DNA of 64,000 nt from Somniosus microcephalus (GCA_052327205.1 CM126207.1:257858001-257922000); one strand, 5' to 3'. Numbered from the stretch's first letter, positions 1 to 12,760 are shown. Notes: generated from the sequence alone by a model not told the origin. Made by a program: numbers and translations.

Positions 1-4
1 ATTA

Positions 5-2290
5 CATAAGAACATAAGAAGTAGGAGCAGGAGTAGGCCATACGGCCCCTCGGGCCTGCTCCGCCATTCAATAGGATCATGGCTGATCTGAATCTAGACT
101 CACGTCCACTTCCCTGCCCTCTCCCCGTAACCCCTAATTCCCTTATCAGCTAGGAAACTGTCAATCTCCGTTTTAGATTTATTTAATGTCGCAGCTTCCA
201 CAGCTCTCTGGGGTAGCAAATTCTATAGATTTATTACCCTCTGAGTGAAGAAGTTTCTCCTCATCTCAGTTTTGAAAGGGCAGCCCCTTATTCTAAGATT
301 ATGCCCCCTAGTTCTAGTCTCACCCATCAGTGGAAACATCCTCACTGCATCCACCCGATCAAGCCCCCTCACAATCTTATATGTTTCGATAAGATCGCCT
401 CTCATTCTTCTGAACTCCAATGAGTAGAGTCCCAACCTACTCAACCTTTCCTCATATGTCAACCACCTCATCTCTGGAATCAACCGAGTGAACCTTCTCT
501 GAACCGCCTCGAGAGCAAGTATATCTTTTCTTAAATATGGAAACCAAAACTGCACGCAGTATTCCAGGTGTGGCCTCACCAATACCCTGTATAACTGCAG
601 CAAGATTTCCCTGTTTTTATACTCCATTCCCCTTGCAATAAAAGCCAAGATTCCATTGGCCTTCCTGATCACCTGCTGCACCTGCATACTAACTTTTTGT
701 GTTTCATGCACCAGGACCCCCAGATCCCTTTGTACTGTAGCACTTTGCAGTTTCTCTCCATTTAGATAATAACTTGCTCTTTGATTTTTTTCTGCCAAAG
801 TGCATAACCTCACACTTTCCAACATTATATTGCATCTGCCAAATCTCTGCCCACTCACTTAGCCTGTCTATGTCCTTTTGCAGGTTTTTTATGTCCTCCT
901 CACTCGCTGCTTTCCCTCCCATCTTTGTATCGTCGGCAAACTTGGATATGTTGCACTCGGTCCCTTCCTCCAAATCGTTAATATAGATTGTAAAGAGTTG
1001 GGGTCCCAGTACTGACCCCTGCAGAACACCACTAGTTACTGATTGCCAGCCCGAGAACGAACCATTTATCCCAACTCTTTGCTTTCTGTTAGATAGCCAA
1101 TCTTCCACCCATGCCAGTATATTACCTCCAATCCCATGATTTTTTATCTTGATCAGTAATCTTTTGTGTGGAACCTTGTCAAATGCCTTTTGGAAGTCCA
1201 AATACACTACATCCACTGGTTCCCCTTTATCCACCCTGTATGTTACATCCTCAAAGAATTCGAGCAAATTTGTCAAACATGACTTCCCCTTCGTAAAACC
1301 ATGCTGACTCTGTCCTATTAAATTATGTTTATCCAAATGCTCTGTTACTGTTTCCTTAATAATGGACTCCAACATTTTGCCAACCACAGATGTTAGGCTA
1401 ACTGGTCTATAGTTTCCAACTTTTTGTCTACTTCCCTTCTTAAATAAGGGTGTTACATTAGCAGTTTTCCAATCTGCCGGGACCTTTCCTGAGTCCAGGG
1501 AGTTCTGGAAAATGATCACCAATGCATCCACAATCCCTACCGCCACTTCTCTCAAGACCCTAGGATGTAGGCCATCAGGTCCGGGGGATTTATCCGCCTT
1601 AAGTCCCATTATTTTACTGAGTACCATCTCCTTAGTGATTTTAATCGTGTTTAGCTCCTCCCCCCCCCCCCCCCCATTGCCCTCTGTTTGTCCAGTGTTG
1701 GGATATTTTTAGTGTCCTCTACTGTAAAGACGGATACAAAATATTTGTTCAGCGTCTTTGCCATCTCCATATTCCCCACCACTAGTTTCCCGGTCCCATC
1801 CTCTAAGGGACCAACGTTCACTTTAGCCACCCTTTTTCTTTTTATATAGCTGTAGAAACTCTTGCTATCTGTTTTTATATTATTTGCTAGTTTACTTTCA
1901 TAATCTATCTTCCCTTTCTTAATTAATCTTTTAGTTATTGTTTGCTGTCTTTTAAATGCTTCCCAATCTTTTATCCTCCCACTAGATTTGGCTACTTTAT
2001 ATGCTCTTGTTTTCAGTCGAATACTATCCTTTATTACTTTACTAAGCCACGGATGGCTGTCTTTTCTTTTACTCCCCTTTTTCCTCAGTGGAATATATTT
2101 ATCTTGAAAGATGTCAAATATCTCCTTGAATGTAGACCACTGCTCTTGTACCGTCTTACACTTTAATCTGTTTTCCCAGTCCACTTTAGTCAATTCTACT
2201 CTCATACCTTCATAGTCTCCTTTATTTAAGCTTAGTACGCTGGTTTGAGATCCAACTCTCTCACCCTCAAACTGTATTTGGAATTCAACG
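5..2290 (-). mobile_element. CR1 LINE, 5'-truncated ORF2 (RT) plus 3' UTR; frameshifted
   Basis: ORFs 1651..2331, 704..1627 and 223..858 carry CR1 RT motifs (KSPGPDG, YRPVSLTS, QHGF, YLDFQKAFD, FADD, TRGH). (TTCTTATG)n tail at 5-20; frameshift at poly-C ~1660. Confidence 0.95.
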
Positions 2291-2518
2291 AGCTTTTCTA
2301 TTCTCCTCCAAGTGTTCAATGCAATAAACACACTTGTCCAGCGCTAACCCTCAACACAATGCACTGCCTGAAAGGGTGGTGGAAGCAGATTCAATAGTAA
2401 CCTTCAAAAAGGAATAGGATATATACATGAAAAGGAAAAAGAATGCAGGTCTATGGGGAAAGAGTAGAAGAGTGGGACTAATTGGATAGCTCTTTCAAAG
2501 TGCTGGCACAGATACAAT

Positions 2519-4254
2519 GGCCAGAATTTTGCAGGTCCGGTGCGGGCGGTGTTCGTGGGGGGGTCACGACCCCGCTGCTGGCTCCATCCCGCTGTTGAAA
2601 ATGAACTTACCTTAATAGAGTCTATTAAGCCCACCCAGCACGTTACCCGGCCCAATTAGATGGAGTGGGTCTGGTGACGTCATTTATGGCGTGTTTTCAG
2701 CCGAGATCTATAAAGGGACCATGGCCACATTAGATTTGAAGTTTAATCTAACATAGTGCTGTCAGTGCACTGCAGCATTGGTGTGCTGCAAACACTGACA
2801 ATGACTGCACAGAGGCAGAGGGCTGCACCCAGGTTCTCTGATGACTCCCTCCATATGCTTATGGAGTAAGTCAGAGCATGCAGGGAGGTCCTCTTCCCTT
2901 CCAATGGGCGGAACAGACCTCCCCAGGAGACCAAGACAGCCTGGTTGCAGTTTGCAGAGGAGGGCACAAGCAGGGATGTGGTCAGAAGGAGCTGGGTGCA
3001 GTGCTGCAAACGTTTCAATTATCTCATTAGATCAGGAAACATTAGTACAAAGCCACACTCAACTTCATCCTGCTTTGCCTCTCATCACATCCCCATCACT
3101 CTGCCGTCCCAACCCTACCCCTGCACATCCTTACTCACACCAACTTACCTTGCACCTCCATCCATCCCTCTCACTCTATCTACATCATCACATCCCCTTC
3201 TCACTAGCTGCCCCTCACACTCACCCTCATCCTAGTGCAATCATACCAATTAACAACACACAAGGGTAGCCATTAACTGTTAATGTGGTGTCAAACACAC
3301 TTTCTGGTCTTGGACAGATTTGTGTGCACCTTTGGGAGTGGCTTAGTGAGTTGTAGTGAATGGTGAGACATAACGGTATCCCCCGCAATGGTGATGAGTG
3401 TGAAAGGAATGGCTTGAGCATTGTAGGGATGGTTTATGGTGTTGTTGTGGGGTGGTGCCAACCTGGCGCATCATGTGGCAGCCAGGGTGTACAGCGTAAA
3501 GTTAACTAAATCTGGCCATGATGAGGCCATCCCTGGCCTCCCGGGCAGCAATGTGCTTGGGGGCTGATGCCCTCTGTCCTGTGCAGCATCAGGTGATTGC
3601 GGAGAAGGTTGGTGGTGTTGTTGGTGCTGCTGGTGTGCCTGGTGCTGCTGGTGTTGGGGTTCATTGTGGTGGGATTCTGAGGACCAAGGTGAGACAGTAT
3701 AAACGGCACCCATGTTGATGGAATAAATGGCAGGTGAAGTACAGATGACAGAAGCAATCTGTCAACAGTGAGAGAGTTCTTACAATGAGATGACACTGGA
3801 TGGAGGCTTTGCTGGAAACACTTGCAACCTGCAGAATCTGTGCTGGAAAAGGACTGAGCAACAGCTTCTGCCTGAGGAAAGTGATCATCTGTCAGGTGGG
3901 AGTTTTTACTGTACATTCCATGCTGTCAAGTAATCAGCTGGAGCAATGGCCACGGAACTCCAGCCTCAGGTTGACAGACGTGGTTCCCGAGCTGCGTGAA
4001 TCCCGTGGCCATGCAGGAAAATTTAAAAAGTAAGTGGAAAATGGCTCTTAAGTGCCTGTAAACTACCTGATAATTATTTCAATTGGGTCCCCCACCGCTG
4101 CCGGACGGGTCGGCTCCGCGACGACAGATGCGCCTGGGGGAAAGGTGCGTGGGAGCAAGATTACAGCGGGCTCCCGTCCCGCTGTCAAAAATAACAACCT
4201 TCCCACCTGACCCACCACTGATCGCGCCTGCTACCACCCTGGAAAATTCCAGCC
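2519..4254. mobile_element. PIF/Harbinger-type DNA transposon deletion derivative
   Basis: Ends GGCCAGAATTTTGC / GGAAAATTCCAGCC form an imperfect TIR; 3-bp flanks AAT/AAC; interrupts a CR1 tail; carries a Myb/SANT-like remnant. Confidence 0.75.
2801..3040 (+). pseudogene. Myb/SANT-like DNA-binding domain remnant (Harbinger accessory protein)
   Basis: Manual translation MTAQRQRAAPRFSDDSLHMLME*VRACREVLF..AWLQFAEE..RRSWVQCCKRFNYL has the trihelix/Myb pattern, with an in-frame stop. Confidence 0.7.
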
Positions 4255-4317
4255 AACGGGTCAAACGGCCTCCTTCTGTGCTGTATGATTCTACGGTTCT
4301 ATAAAACACAGCACTTT

Positions 4318-5007
4318 GGGCTAAAAATTGAGTAGCGCCTCAATTGAGGTGCTAACTTCGCCCGGGCGCTAAAAGTAGTGCCCCAGAAAAATTAGCGCCC
4401 CCGCGCCGGAAATTGAGTGGTTGCGCCCCAAGAGGGAAGCGGGGAGCTACTGGAAGTGCCCCACATCCCTCTTGGGGCACTGTAAGTGATGTCACGCTGA
4501 GGTATTGCAGGCCTTCCTCCACTACTTAAAGGGGCGGGACCTTGTGCAGCGCGATCTGGGGCCGAGCTGGGCCCCCGGGGATCGGGAGTGAAGGCAAAAG
4601 AGCCCGGCACCCAAGAGAAGTGCCGGGCTCTTGGAGCGCAGCCGGCACTCCGTGGGGGCGGGGGGTTCAGGAGGCAGGTGCTGGCAGGCGGCCAGCAACA
4701 AAAATGGCCGCTCCGCACCTCGCCTTTAAATTGTGCCTCCCCGGCCGCAGGTACGCCACCCTGACCCTGTCGAACATAGCGTCCAGCGGTAAATCAGGGG
4801 GCGCTCCGGGGTGTGAGCGGGGCGCTGCGCACACCAATGATGTCATCGCCAGCGGCGCAGCGCTACCGGTTAGCGCCACCACTAACCTCCCGCTGAATTT
4901 TGCGGGAGGCGTGGGCAGTGCCGCACCCGGGCGCTAGTTGGTTTGCGCCTCACTTAGCGCCCTCTTAAGGCGCTAACGGGTGGTGCAACCAACTGAATTT
5001 TCCCCCC
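4318..5007. mobile_element. GC-rich Harbinger-like MITE (same family as 43269-43966)
   Basis: Ends GGGCTAAAAATTGAGT / ACTGAATTTTCCCCCC; shares GAGCCCGGCAC-N9-GTGCCGGGCTC and other blocks with the 43 kb copy. No clean TSD. Confidence 0.7.
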
Positions 5008-6379
5008 ATAGCTTTTACGGGGCTATCCATTATCACAGGGCCTCTGATTAGCCTCATATCCCTAACAGTCTTAGATTCATTTCATTCTTGGTGCAATACA
5101 GTGCAAGATGTAGCTTCAAAATTCCTTCAACGGTAGACCAAAAATAAATCTTAAAAATTATATTTTTCAGAACTACATTTAGGTAGTTAAACATTCGCAG
5201 GTTTCCAAATACCAAGGATGTTTGCAAGTTCAGATAACCCTTGAAGCACCAGATCTGCAATTGTAGGACATCCATATTTATTCAGACAGCTGTCGGGGAC
5301 ATTGTTAGACAGGGTGAGGCTAAGGCTGCTGCACTGAACAGAAGTTAACATGTTAAATACCCTTTTGTTCCAAGAGAAAATTTACAGACGCCTTTTAGAG
5401 CCTTCAGCAAACCAGATTGTAATGTATATTCTCTGCAATTTAATGAATCAGCTAACAAAACTTAATTTTAAGCCTAGATTGTTGTAGCCAGCAAGAAAGA
5501 ATCCAGTAAATAAGTCATCATAATCAAACTTGCTTCATTTTTGTCACAATGCTACTGAAAACTGCTGCTGTTGGCAGATGACCATTTGGAAAGGAAGCTT
5601 ACTGCACTCCTAGCCTGTATGATGCATGTTCTTTTATTCTTCCTCCTATGATATACAGGCCTGTAAACTCCAAGTTTAGCATCAGCTAACCATGCCATGG
5701 TTTCTCTCCTGTCCTTTTCAACCATGGTGGTCTCCTGCACTATGTGCATTGGTCCTTCACCTGGATTTTTCAACAAAAATTAAAGATCCTTGATTTCATT
5801 GTATCAAATCATATTGTTTCAAGATGATCACATTTAAGATTATCACGTTTAAGATTATCACGTTTATGTAATTTGCTTCAAAACAAGAAATCAAAATCAA
5901 TAAACAGTCACTTTTTATTAATAATTATTTGTTAACACATTGCAAAGTATACACTCAAGGGGAGTATATATAAGTCTTGAAATTGCAAGACTCTGCTCCC
6001 ATTTTGGTGCCTTGCTCAATGGGTTCGCAGATGTGAGAATTGGTTGTGAGTGCCCACATGTCCAATTCACAAATCTTGAATTAAAATCAATGGCTAGAAA
6101 ACTGGACACACCACAAATTGGGTACACTGACCTGCCCGCCCAAATCTCCAATCTCTGCTCCCCTTGAGTCAGACCCCGCACTGGAGAAGGGTGAAATAAA
6201 AAGTGGCATGACTGGGTGACAGGAAGAGGAGGGGACAAGAAAGAAGGACCTGGGAGAGACCAAAAGAAAAAAAGAAAGGGATGTAGAAGTATTGGGCTTG
6301 GTTCTGGGTATTTATTATCATTTAATGAGCAAAGCAGACTTTAATTGAAATGAATGACAAGACTGTTACTAAAACCAGT

Positions 6380-6560
6380 GTTGTGTAAAGCAGTACAAAT
6401 AAAATAGAAATAACTGAAAATGCTGGAAGTACACAGCAAGTCCGTCAACCTCCGTGAAGAGAAAAAATAACATTTTGGGTGTATACTTATCATCAGAACT
6501 GCAAACTAAAAGATAAACAAGCATTTTAGGAAGGCTGGAAAAACAGAGAGAGAAAAAGGA
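6380..6560 (-). mobile_element. Decayed Penelope-like 3' end with degenerate hammerhead
   Basis: Reverse strand reads CAGTTCTGATGATAAG..CAAAATGTTA..TTCCAGCATTTTCAG, resembling the tails at 12931-13030. Confidence 0.5.
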
Positions 6561-6769
6561 GGGAAACAACAGCTACATCAATCATACGTCTGTTTTTATT
6601 TTATCTAAAGTACTGTATTCTACAGAAGCTTAAATTATTTTAATTTTGCAGTGACACAGATCCAAATGTAATCCTTAAATGATGATTTTTTAAACAGCAT
6701 AAATATTATTAATAACTCAAATGGTTTATGCAGGACAAGGTAGGTGTAAATGATTACAAGAAAACCATG

Positions 6770-7150
6770 TCTCAGAACATCTCAAAGCACGACATAATGA
6801 ATTACTTTGAAGTGCAGCTACTGTTGCCTGTAGGCAAATATGGAAGTCATTTTACACACACTAATTTCCCACAAACAGCAATGAAATGAATGACAAGTCA
6901 ATTTGTTTTTTGCTGGTGATGGTTGAGAGAGGAAAGTTGTCCTAGAAATAGTGAGAGTTCCTTGCTCTTCTTTGGATAGTACCAAGGGATCTTTTACATC
7001 TATTTGAACCACTAGAACTGGCAGACAGGTTTAATATCTCACCTGGAAGGCATCTCCAACAACGCCGCACTCCCTCAGTACTGCATTGGAGTGTCAGTGT
7101 AGATTTATATGTTCAAGTCCTGGAGTAGGCCTGGAACCCTTAATCCTGAT
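6770..7150 (-). mobile_element. DeuSINE-like SINE, diverged
   Basis: Matches the reverse complement of the 15975-16412 SINE (CTCCCTCAGTACTGCA, CCCACAAACAGCAATG). Confidence 0.65.
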
Positions 7151-8954
7151 TCAGAAATACAGACAAAAGTAATGGGAAAAGGAATTGCAATGCGTAGGCA
7201 CGAGTCTCAAGGTGATGGAGCACCCCAGCACCAACTCTTTCCCCCTCCTTATTTAATGGCTGCTGAAGTGGAGGCAGTGCCGTATTAAGTGGTTGCCAGG
7301 AAACCAGAAAAAACCCAGGACCAATAAGGGGGGGGGGGGAATAAAATCTGGAAAATTCCTCTCTGACCTCCTCAGTTGATCAAAACCAGTCCAGGCCATT
7401 GACCACATTGACCATGCATAAATTAACTGTAAATCCACTTCCCTTTTTACATTTTTATTTTGCATATTCTTGGCTGCCAGAAATGATGGCAGAAAATTAA
7501 GCAGGTGCTAAAGTGGGCAGAGATCCAGCATCAGAGAGTCCATCCTTCTTTTCCACTGCGGCCTGCCTAATTAGCACCACAGTGTAGGGAATGCGCCAGC
7601 AGATAATTTAGGTTAGGATCTTGATTCTCTGGCCTAGGCTCCAATCAGTTGCAATTCCCAGATTGTGGAGTCTCTCCTCTGATGACATCTTTAGGCTAAA
7701 AGACTCTGTCTACAACCACTGATGGCAGCCATTTGCCCACCAAATTCCATAACTGATGGGATAGGTATGATGGGGGTTTGTCGTTGTACAGAATCCCCTT
7801 TGTACAAATGCACCATCACTTCTTTAAAGGGACAGGCCAGACTAAATTTCAAATCACCTGAAATGAGCCAATTTCCGGGAGCAGCAAATTAACCAGAAAT
7901 GTCCTGGCTTGGTTCAGCTTACCTCATTTCTTCTTGCAATGTAATTGTCGAAGCAAAGAAACAGAATGAAAAGATTGGCCAAAGGTTTGCCATTTAAATC
8001 TTACTTGATTGTATTTTGCACTTGCAAATAAAAAAAATAGAGACGAGCAATCCAGTATGATGATGTCATGGTACTGGCTTCCTCTTACACCCAGCAGTGT
8101 GTGATAGTGATATTATTTGGATGCTATGGGCTGTCCCAGACTCTTCCAGACATTGGTTATCTGCCCAAAATGGCTGGTGGGGTGATTCTGGGTCAACGCA
8201 GGAAAAATATTTTTGAAGTGAGTAGTCACATGGAAAGCTGATCATTTTCTGAGCATGACAAAGTTAACTCTTCCCTTTCCACAAGAAATGTTACCGATAG
8301 CTGAACTAACCAAAGGAAATTAATCCTAAATTAGAAATCGGTGCACCTTTGGTAGAAATAATAAACTATGTTTTACAAACCTATTAGAAATCTTTCAGGA
8401 GGTAATGAAGTTAGTGAATGAGTGCATTCCAGTAGATATAGTTCACTCGGGTTTTCAAAAAGCATTCAACTACATTTCTCTTGTGAGATCAGGAGTTAAC
8501 AAATTGTCTGGATGGATTGAGAATTGGCTCGGCAACACAAGTCAGAAGCTGGTGATAAATGAAAAACTGCTCTGACTAGGAAAAAGTAAGTAGTGATGTG
8601 CCATGAGGATTTGTACTGGGGCCTCTGCTGTTCACAATGGAACAAGGTATCTGTAATAGTTTAATTAAGTTCACTGGTGAAAGCTACGTGGGCAACAACA
8701 ACATCCTGCATTTAAGGAGATAGGACAGAAGCGTGGTCAAAGAGGTAGGTTTTAAGGAGCGTCTTAAAGGACGAGAGCGAGGCAGAGAGGCGGAGAGGTT
8801 TAGGGAGGGAATTCCAGGCACATAATAAGTAGAAAGGAGATTGATTTTCTTCAGAGAGATTTAAACCAATTTTGTAGATGCATTGATATGATAGATGGAT
8901 CTAATGTGGGTAAATATAAGGTGATGGATATGGAAAGAAGCAACAGGGTTTGGA

Positions 8955-9407
8955 AGCATTGTGGTTATGTTACTAGACTAGTAATCCAGAGGCCTGGACG
9001 AATGGTTCGGAGACGCGAGTTCAAATCCCACCACGGCAGCTGGGGAATTTAAATTCAGTTAATTAAATAAATCTGGAATTAAAAAACTAGTATCAGTAAT
9101 AGTGACTTGAAACTTCCGGATTGTTGTAAAAACCCAACTGGTTCACTAATGTCCTTTAGGGAAGGAAACCTGCCGTCCTTACCCTGCCTGGCCTATATGT
9201 GACTCCAGACCCAGGGCAATGTGGTTGACTATTAACTGCCCTCTGAAATGGCCACTAGCAAGCCACTCTGTCATATCAAAAAAAACTGCTATGATGGACT
9301 GCAGCGGTTCAAGAAGGCGGCTCACCACCATCTTCTCAAGGGCAAGTAGGGATGGGCAATAAATGCTGGCCTTACCAGCGACATCCACATCCCATGAACA
9401 AATAAAA
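8955..9407 (+). mobile_element. tRNA-headed SINE with LINE-derived 3' tail
   Basis: B-box GAGTTCAAATCCC. The tail CACCATCTTCTCAAGGGCAAGTAGGGATGGGCAATAAATGCTGGCC matches the 3' end of the LINE at 62280-64000. Sister copies at 40806-41145 and 61975-62275. Confidence 0.75.
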
Positions 9408-9941
9408 AGAACAGTAAATATGTGTATGACATGAAAGGGTCTTATTTTGCAGTCGACTGCCAGAGGTTGAATAGCAAAAAAGATATGGGAGCGATCATTG
9501 ATCATACCCAGAAAGTATCAGGTCAGTATGAAATCAGTATTAACCGGCACAGCAAATTATGGCCCAATAAAACTCATTGGGTACCAGGGTGCATCTAGAG
9601 GGCACTGCATTGCAAATCAGAACATACTGACATCGTATGGATCAACGATGAGGTCAATTCTGGAGTATGGCATGCAGCTTGGGCCACCCAACTTCAAAAG
9701 AGGATATGGCTGCATTACAAAGAGTTCAGAGGCGAGCGACTGACATGATTCCAGGCCTTTGTGGAATAGGTTATGAGAAAAGGCTCCAAAGACTAAACTT
9801 ATTTTCAGTGGAGAAAAGACTGAGGAGAGACATGATACAGGTATAATTGCAAAATACTGCGAATGCTGGAAATCTGAAATAACAACAGAAAATGCTAGAA
9901 ATACTCAGCGGGCCAGGCAGCATCCGTGGAGAGAGAAACAG

Positions 9942-9978
9942 AGTTAACGTTTCAGGTCTGGGACCCTTCATCAGAACT
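9942..9978 (-). ncRNA. Minimal type I hammerhead ribozyme
   Basis: Reverse strand AGTT-CTGATGA-AGGGTCCCAGACCT-GAAAC-GT-T-AACT: full core, stem I, stem II and palindromic ACGT stem III. Confidence 0.8.
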
Positions 9979-10141
9979 GGAAAAAGCTGGAGATGTAACA
10001 GATATTAAGCAGGTGCAGAGACAGGGGGTGGGGGGGGGGGGGGGTTAGGAGGGGAGGAAGGAGTTGAAAGAACATCCTGTACTTTTGTAAGAGGCAGGAA
10101 AGATAAAATGTTGCAAATGGGAATGGCAAAAATCATACTGC

Positions 10142-12760
10142 ATGATTATCCTCAGTAACTGTCTCCGGTTCAGAGTTATTCCACGTGGATTCCAACTAAA
10201 CTTCCACCCTTCATGTTTTGGATCCACCCAGGATTACAAATATCTCCTCGATATTCATCGTTCTTCAAACTACTGCTCTCGCCGCATCTTGAGATCCATG
10301 CTCAACGCCATGCGCCGCCACATGAACAACCTCGACCTCTCTCTTCAGCAGCACCGACGCACTCTATTTCAATGCTGTCCGGGTCCACAATTCCATTTCA
10401 TCCTTCGACTCATCCGACGCTTCAACAAAAAGCTTTTTTTCTTCCTTTCTGATGTCAAGGATCGCAAGCTTCATCAACTCGTGAACACCAACGCCCCCCC
10501 AGAACCTTCTTCCCTGTTACTTTCCTCCGATCCGATCCCTTCTTCCAATCTCACCCCCTGCCGTGTTTTCACTATCCCCTCTGACCTTCCCCTCTCTGAC
10601 CCCGAATGATCAGTCCTCAGCAAAGGCCTGAGCTTCATCCCCTTACACCCCCATCTGAATGAATTTCGAGCTCGGCACGATGCTGAGTTCTTCTTCCGTC
10701 GCCTTCGTCTCCGTGCCCACTTCTTTGGCCAGGAGTCTTCCCCCCCGCACGACTGATCCTTTCTCCCACTTTCTAAATTCTCGTTCTACTTGGGCCCCTC
10801 CCTCTGGCCTTCTACCCTCTCTAGATCTTTTCATTGCTAACTGCCGACGTGACATCGGCCGTCTCCATTTCTCTGCTCCCCTCACTCACTCCAACCTAAC
10901 TCCCTCTGAACTTGCAGCACTCCATTCTCTCCGATCCAACCCTAACATTATCATTAAACCTGCTGATAAGGGTGGTGCCGTTGTTGTTTGGCGAACCGAC
11001 CTCTACCATGTGGAAGCTGAACGCCAACTCTCCAACACCTCCTCCTACCTCTGCCTGGACCATGACCCCACTAGCAAACATCAAGCCATTGTTTCCAAGT
11101 GTGTCACTGACCTCATCTCCTCTGGAGATCTTCCCTCCATGGCCGCCAACCTCATAGTCCCCCAACCCCACACAGCCCGCTTCTACCTCCTTCCCAAGAT
11201 CCATAAACAGGACTGCCCTGGTAGACCCATCGTTTCAGCCTGTTCTTGCCCCACCGAACTTATTTCTTCCTATCTCGACTCTATTTTTTCTCCCCTTGTC
11301 CAGTCTCTTCCCACCTACATTTGCGACTCTTCCGACGCCCTCCGTCACTTTAACAGTTTCCAGTTTCCTGGCCCAACCGTCTCCTTTTCACTATGGACGT
11401 CCAATCCCTCTACACCTCCATCCCCCACCAGGACGGCCTTCGGGCGCTCCGTTTCTTCCTTGAACAGAGGCCCAACCAGTCCCCGTCCACCACCACCCTC
11501 CTCCGCCTGGCTGAACTTGTTCTCACATTGAACAACTTCTCCTTTGACTCCACTCACTTCCTCCAAATTAAAGGTGTTGCTATGGGAACCCGCATGGGCC
11601 CTAGCTATGCCTGCCTGTTCATGGGATAAGTGGAACATTCTTTGTTCCAGTCCTACTCAGGTCCCCTCCCTCACCTCTTTTTCCAATACATCGATGACTG
11701 TATTGGTGCCATTTCCTGCTCTCGCCCTGAACTAGATAAGTTAATTCACTTTACTTCCAATTTCCACCCTTCCCTCACCTTCACATGGTCCATCTCCGAC
11801 TCTTCCCTTCCCTTCCTTGACTTCTCCGTCTCCATTTCTGGCGATCGGCTTTCAACAAACATCCATTACAAGCCCACCGACTCGCACAGCTACCTGGACT
11901 ACACTTCCTCCCACCCCGCTTCCTGTAAGGACTCTATTCCGTTCTCCCAGTTTCTCCGTCTCCGCCGCGTCTGTTCTGACAATGCCACCTTCTATACTAG
12001 TGCTTCTGACATATCTTCCTTTTTCCTCAACCGAGGATTCCCCTCTACCGTGGTTGACACGGCCCTTGACCGTGTCCGTTCTATTTCCCGCACTTCTGCT
12101 CTCACCCCTGCCCCTCCCTCCCAGAACCACGATAGGGTTCCCCTTGTCCTCACCTTTCACCCCACCAGCCTCCACATTCAACGGATCATCCTCCGCCATT
12201 TCCGCCACCTCCAACGTGATCCCACCACCAAACACATCTTCCCCTCACCTCCCCTTTCAGCATTCCGAAGGGACCGCTCCCTCCACGACACCCTGGTCCA
12301 CTCCTCAATCACCCCCAACAGCCCTGCTCCTTCACCTGGCACCTTCCCGTGCAAGCGCAGAAGATGCAACACATGCCCTTTTACCTCCTCCCTTCCCACT
12401 GTCCAGGGCCCCAAACACCCCTTCCAGGTGAAACAGCGATTTACTTGTACTTCTTGCAATTTAATATACTGTATTCGCTGCTCACAATGCGGTCTCCTCT
12501 ACATTGGGGAGACCAAACGCAGATTGGGCAACCGCTTTGTGGAACACCTCCGTTCAGTCCGTACGGGTGACCCTGAGCTTCCGGTTGCCTGTCACTTTAA
12601 TTCACCGCTTCACTCCCACTCTGATCTCTCTGTCCTCGGGCTATTACATTGTTCCAATGAAGCTCAACGTAAGCTCGAGGAACAGCACCTCATCTTTCGA
12701 TTGGGCACTTTGCAGCCTGCCGGACTCAACATTGAGTTCAACAATTTCAGATATTTATCC
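10142..12760 (+). pseudogene. Penelope RT + GIY-YIG endonuclease, disrupted
   Basis: KPADKGG, LPKIHK, DVQSLYTSIP, GVAMG, QYIDD, CxxxxCxxC linker, IYCIRCSQCGLLYIGET. Stops at 10607 and 11627; frameshifts at ~10741 and ~11370. Confidence 0.92.

Larger units (their letters stand above)
2361..4300 (+). mobile_element. Old CR1 3'-end fragment split by a Harbinger-type insertion
   Basis: CR1-like 3' sequence at 2361-2518 resumes at 4255 (..GGCCTCCTTCTGTGCTGTATGATTCTA). Confidence 0.7.

Noticed and set aside
4392-4937. Long ORFs in GC-rich MITEs and Gypsy UTRs (also 25104-25547, 37805-38293, 43388-44035, 50107-50470)
   Set aside because: Expected from low stop-codon density; no domain motifs.
5833-5866. 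15-bp tandem duplication TTTAAGATTATCACG
   Set aside because: Simple two-copy slippage with no spacers; not CRISPR-like.
7918-8000. Minus-strand MANLWPIFSFCFFASTITLQEEM followed by GTAAG (signal-peptide-like exon)
   Set aside because: Phase does not fit the candidate exon at 5761, the sequence is short, and there is no recognisable homology.
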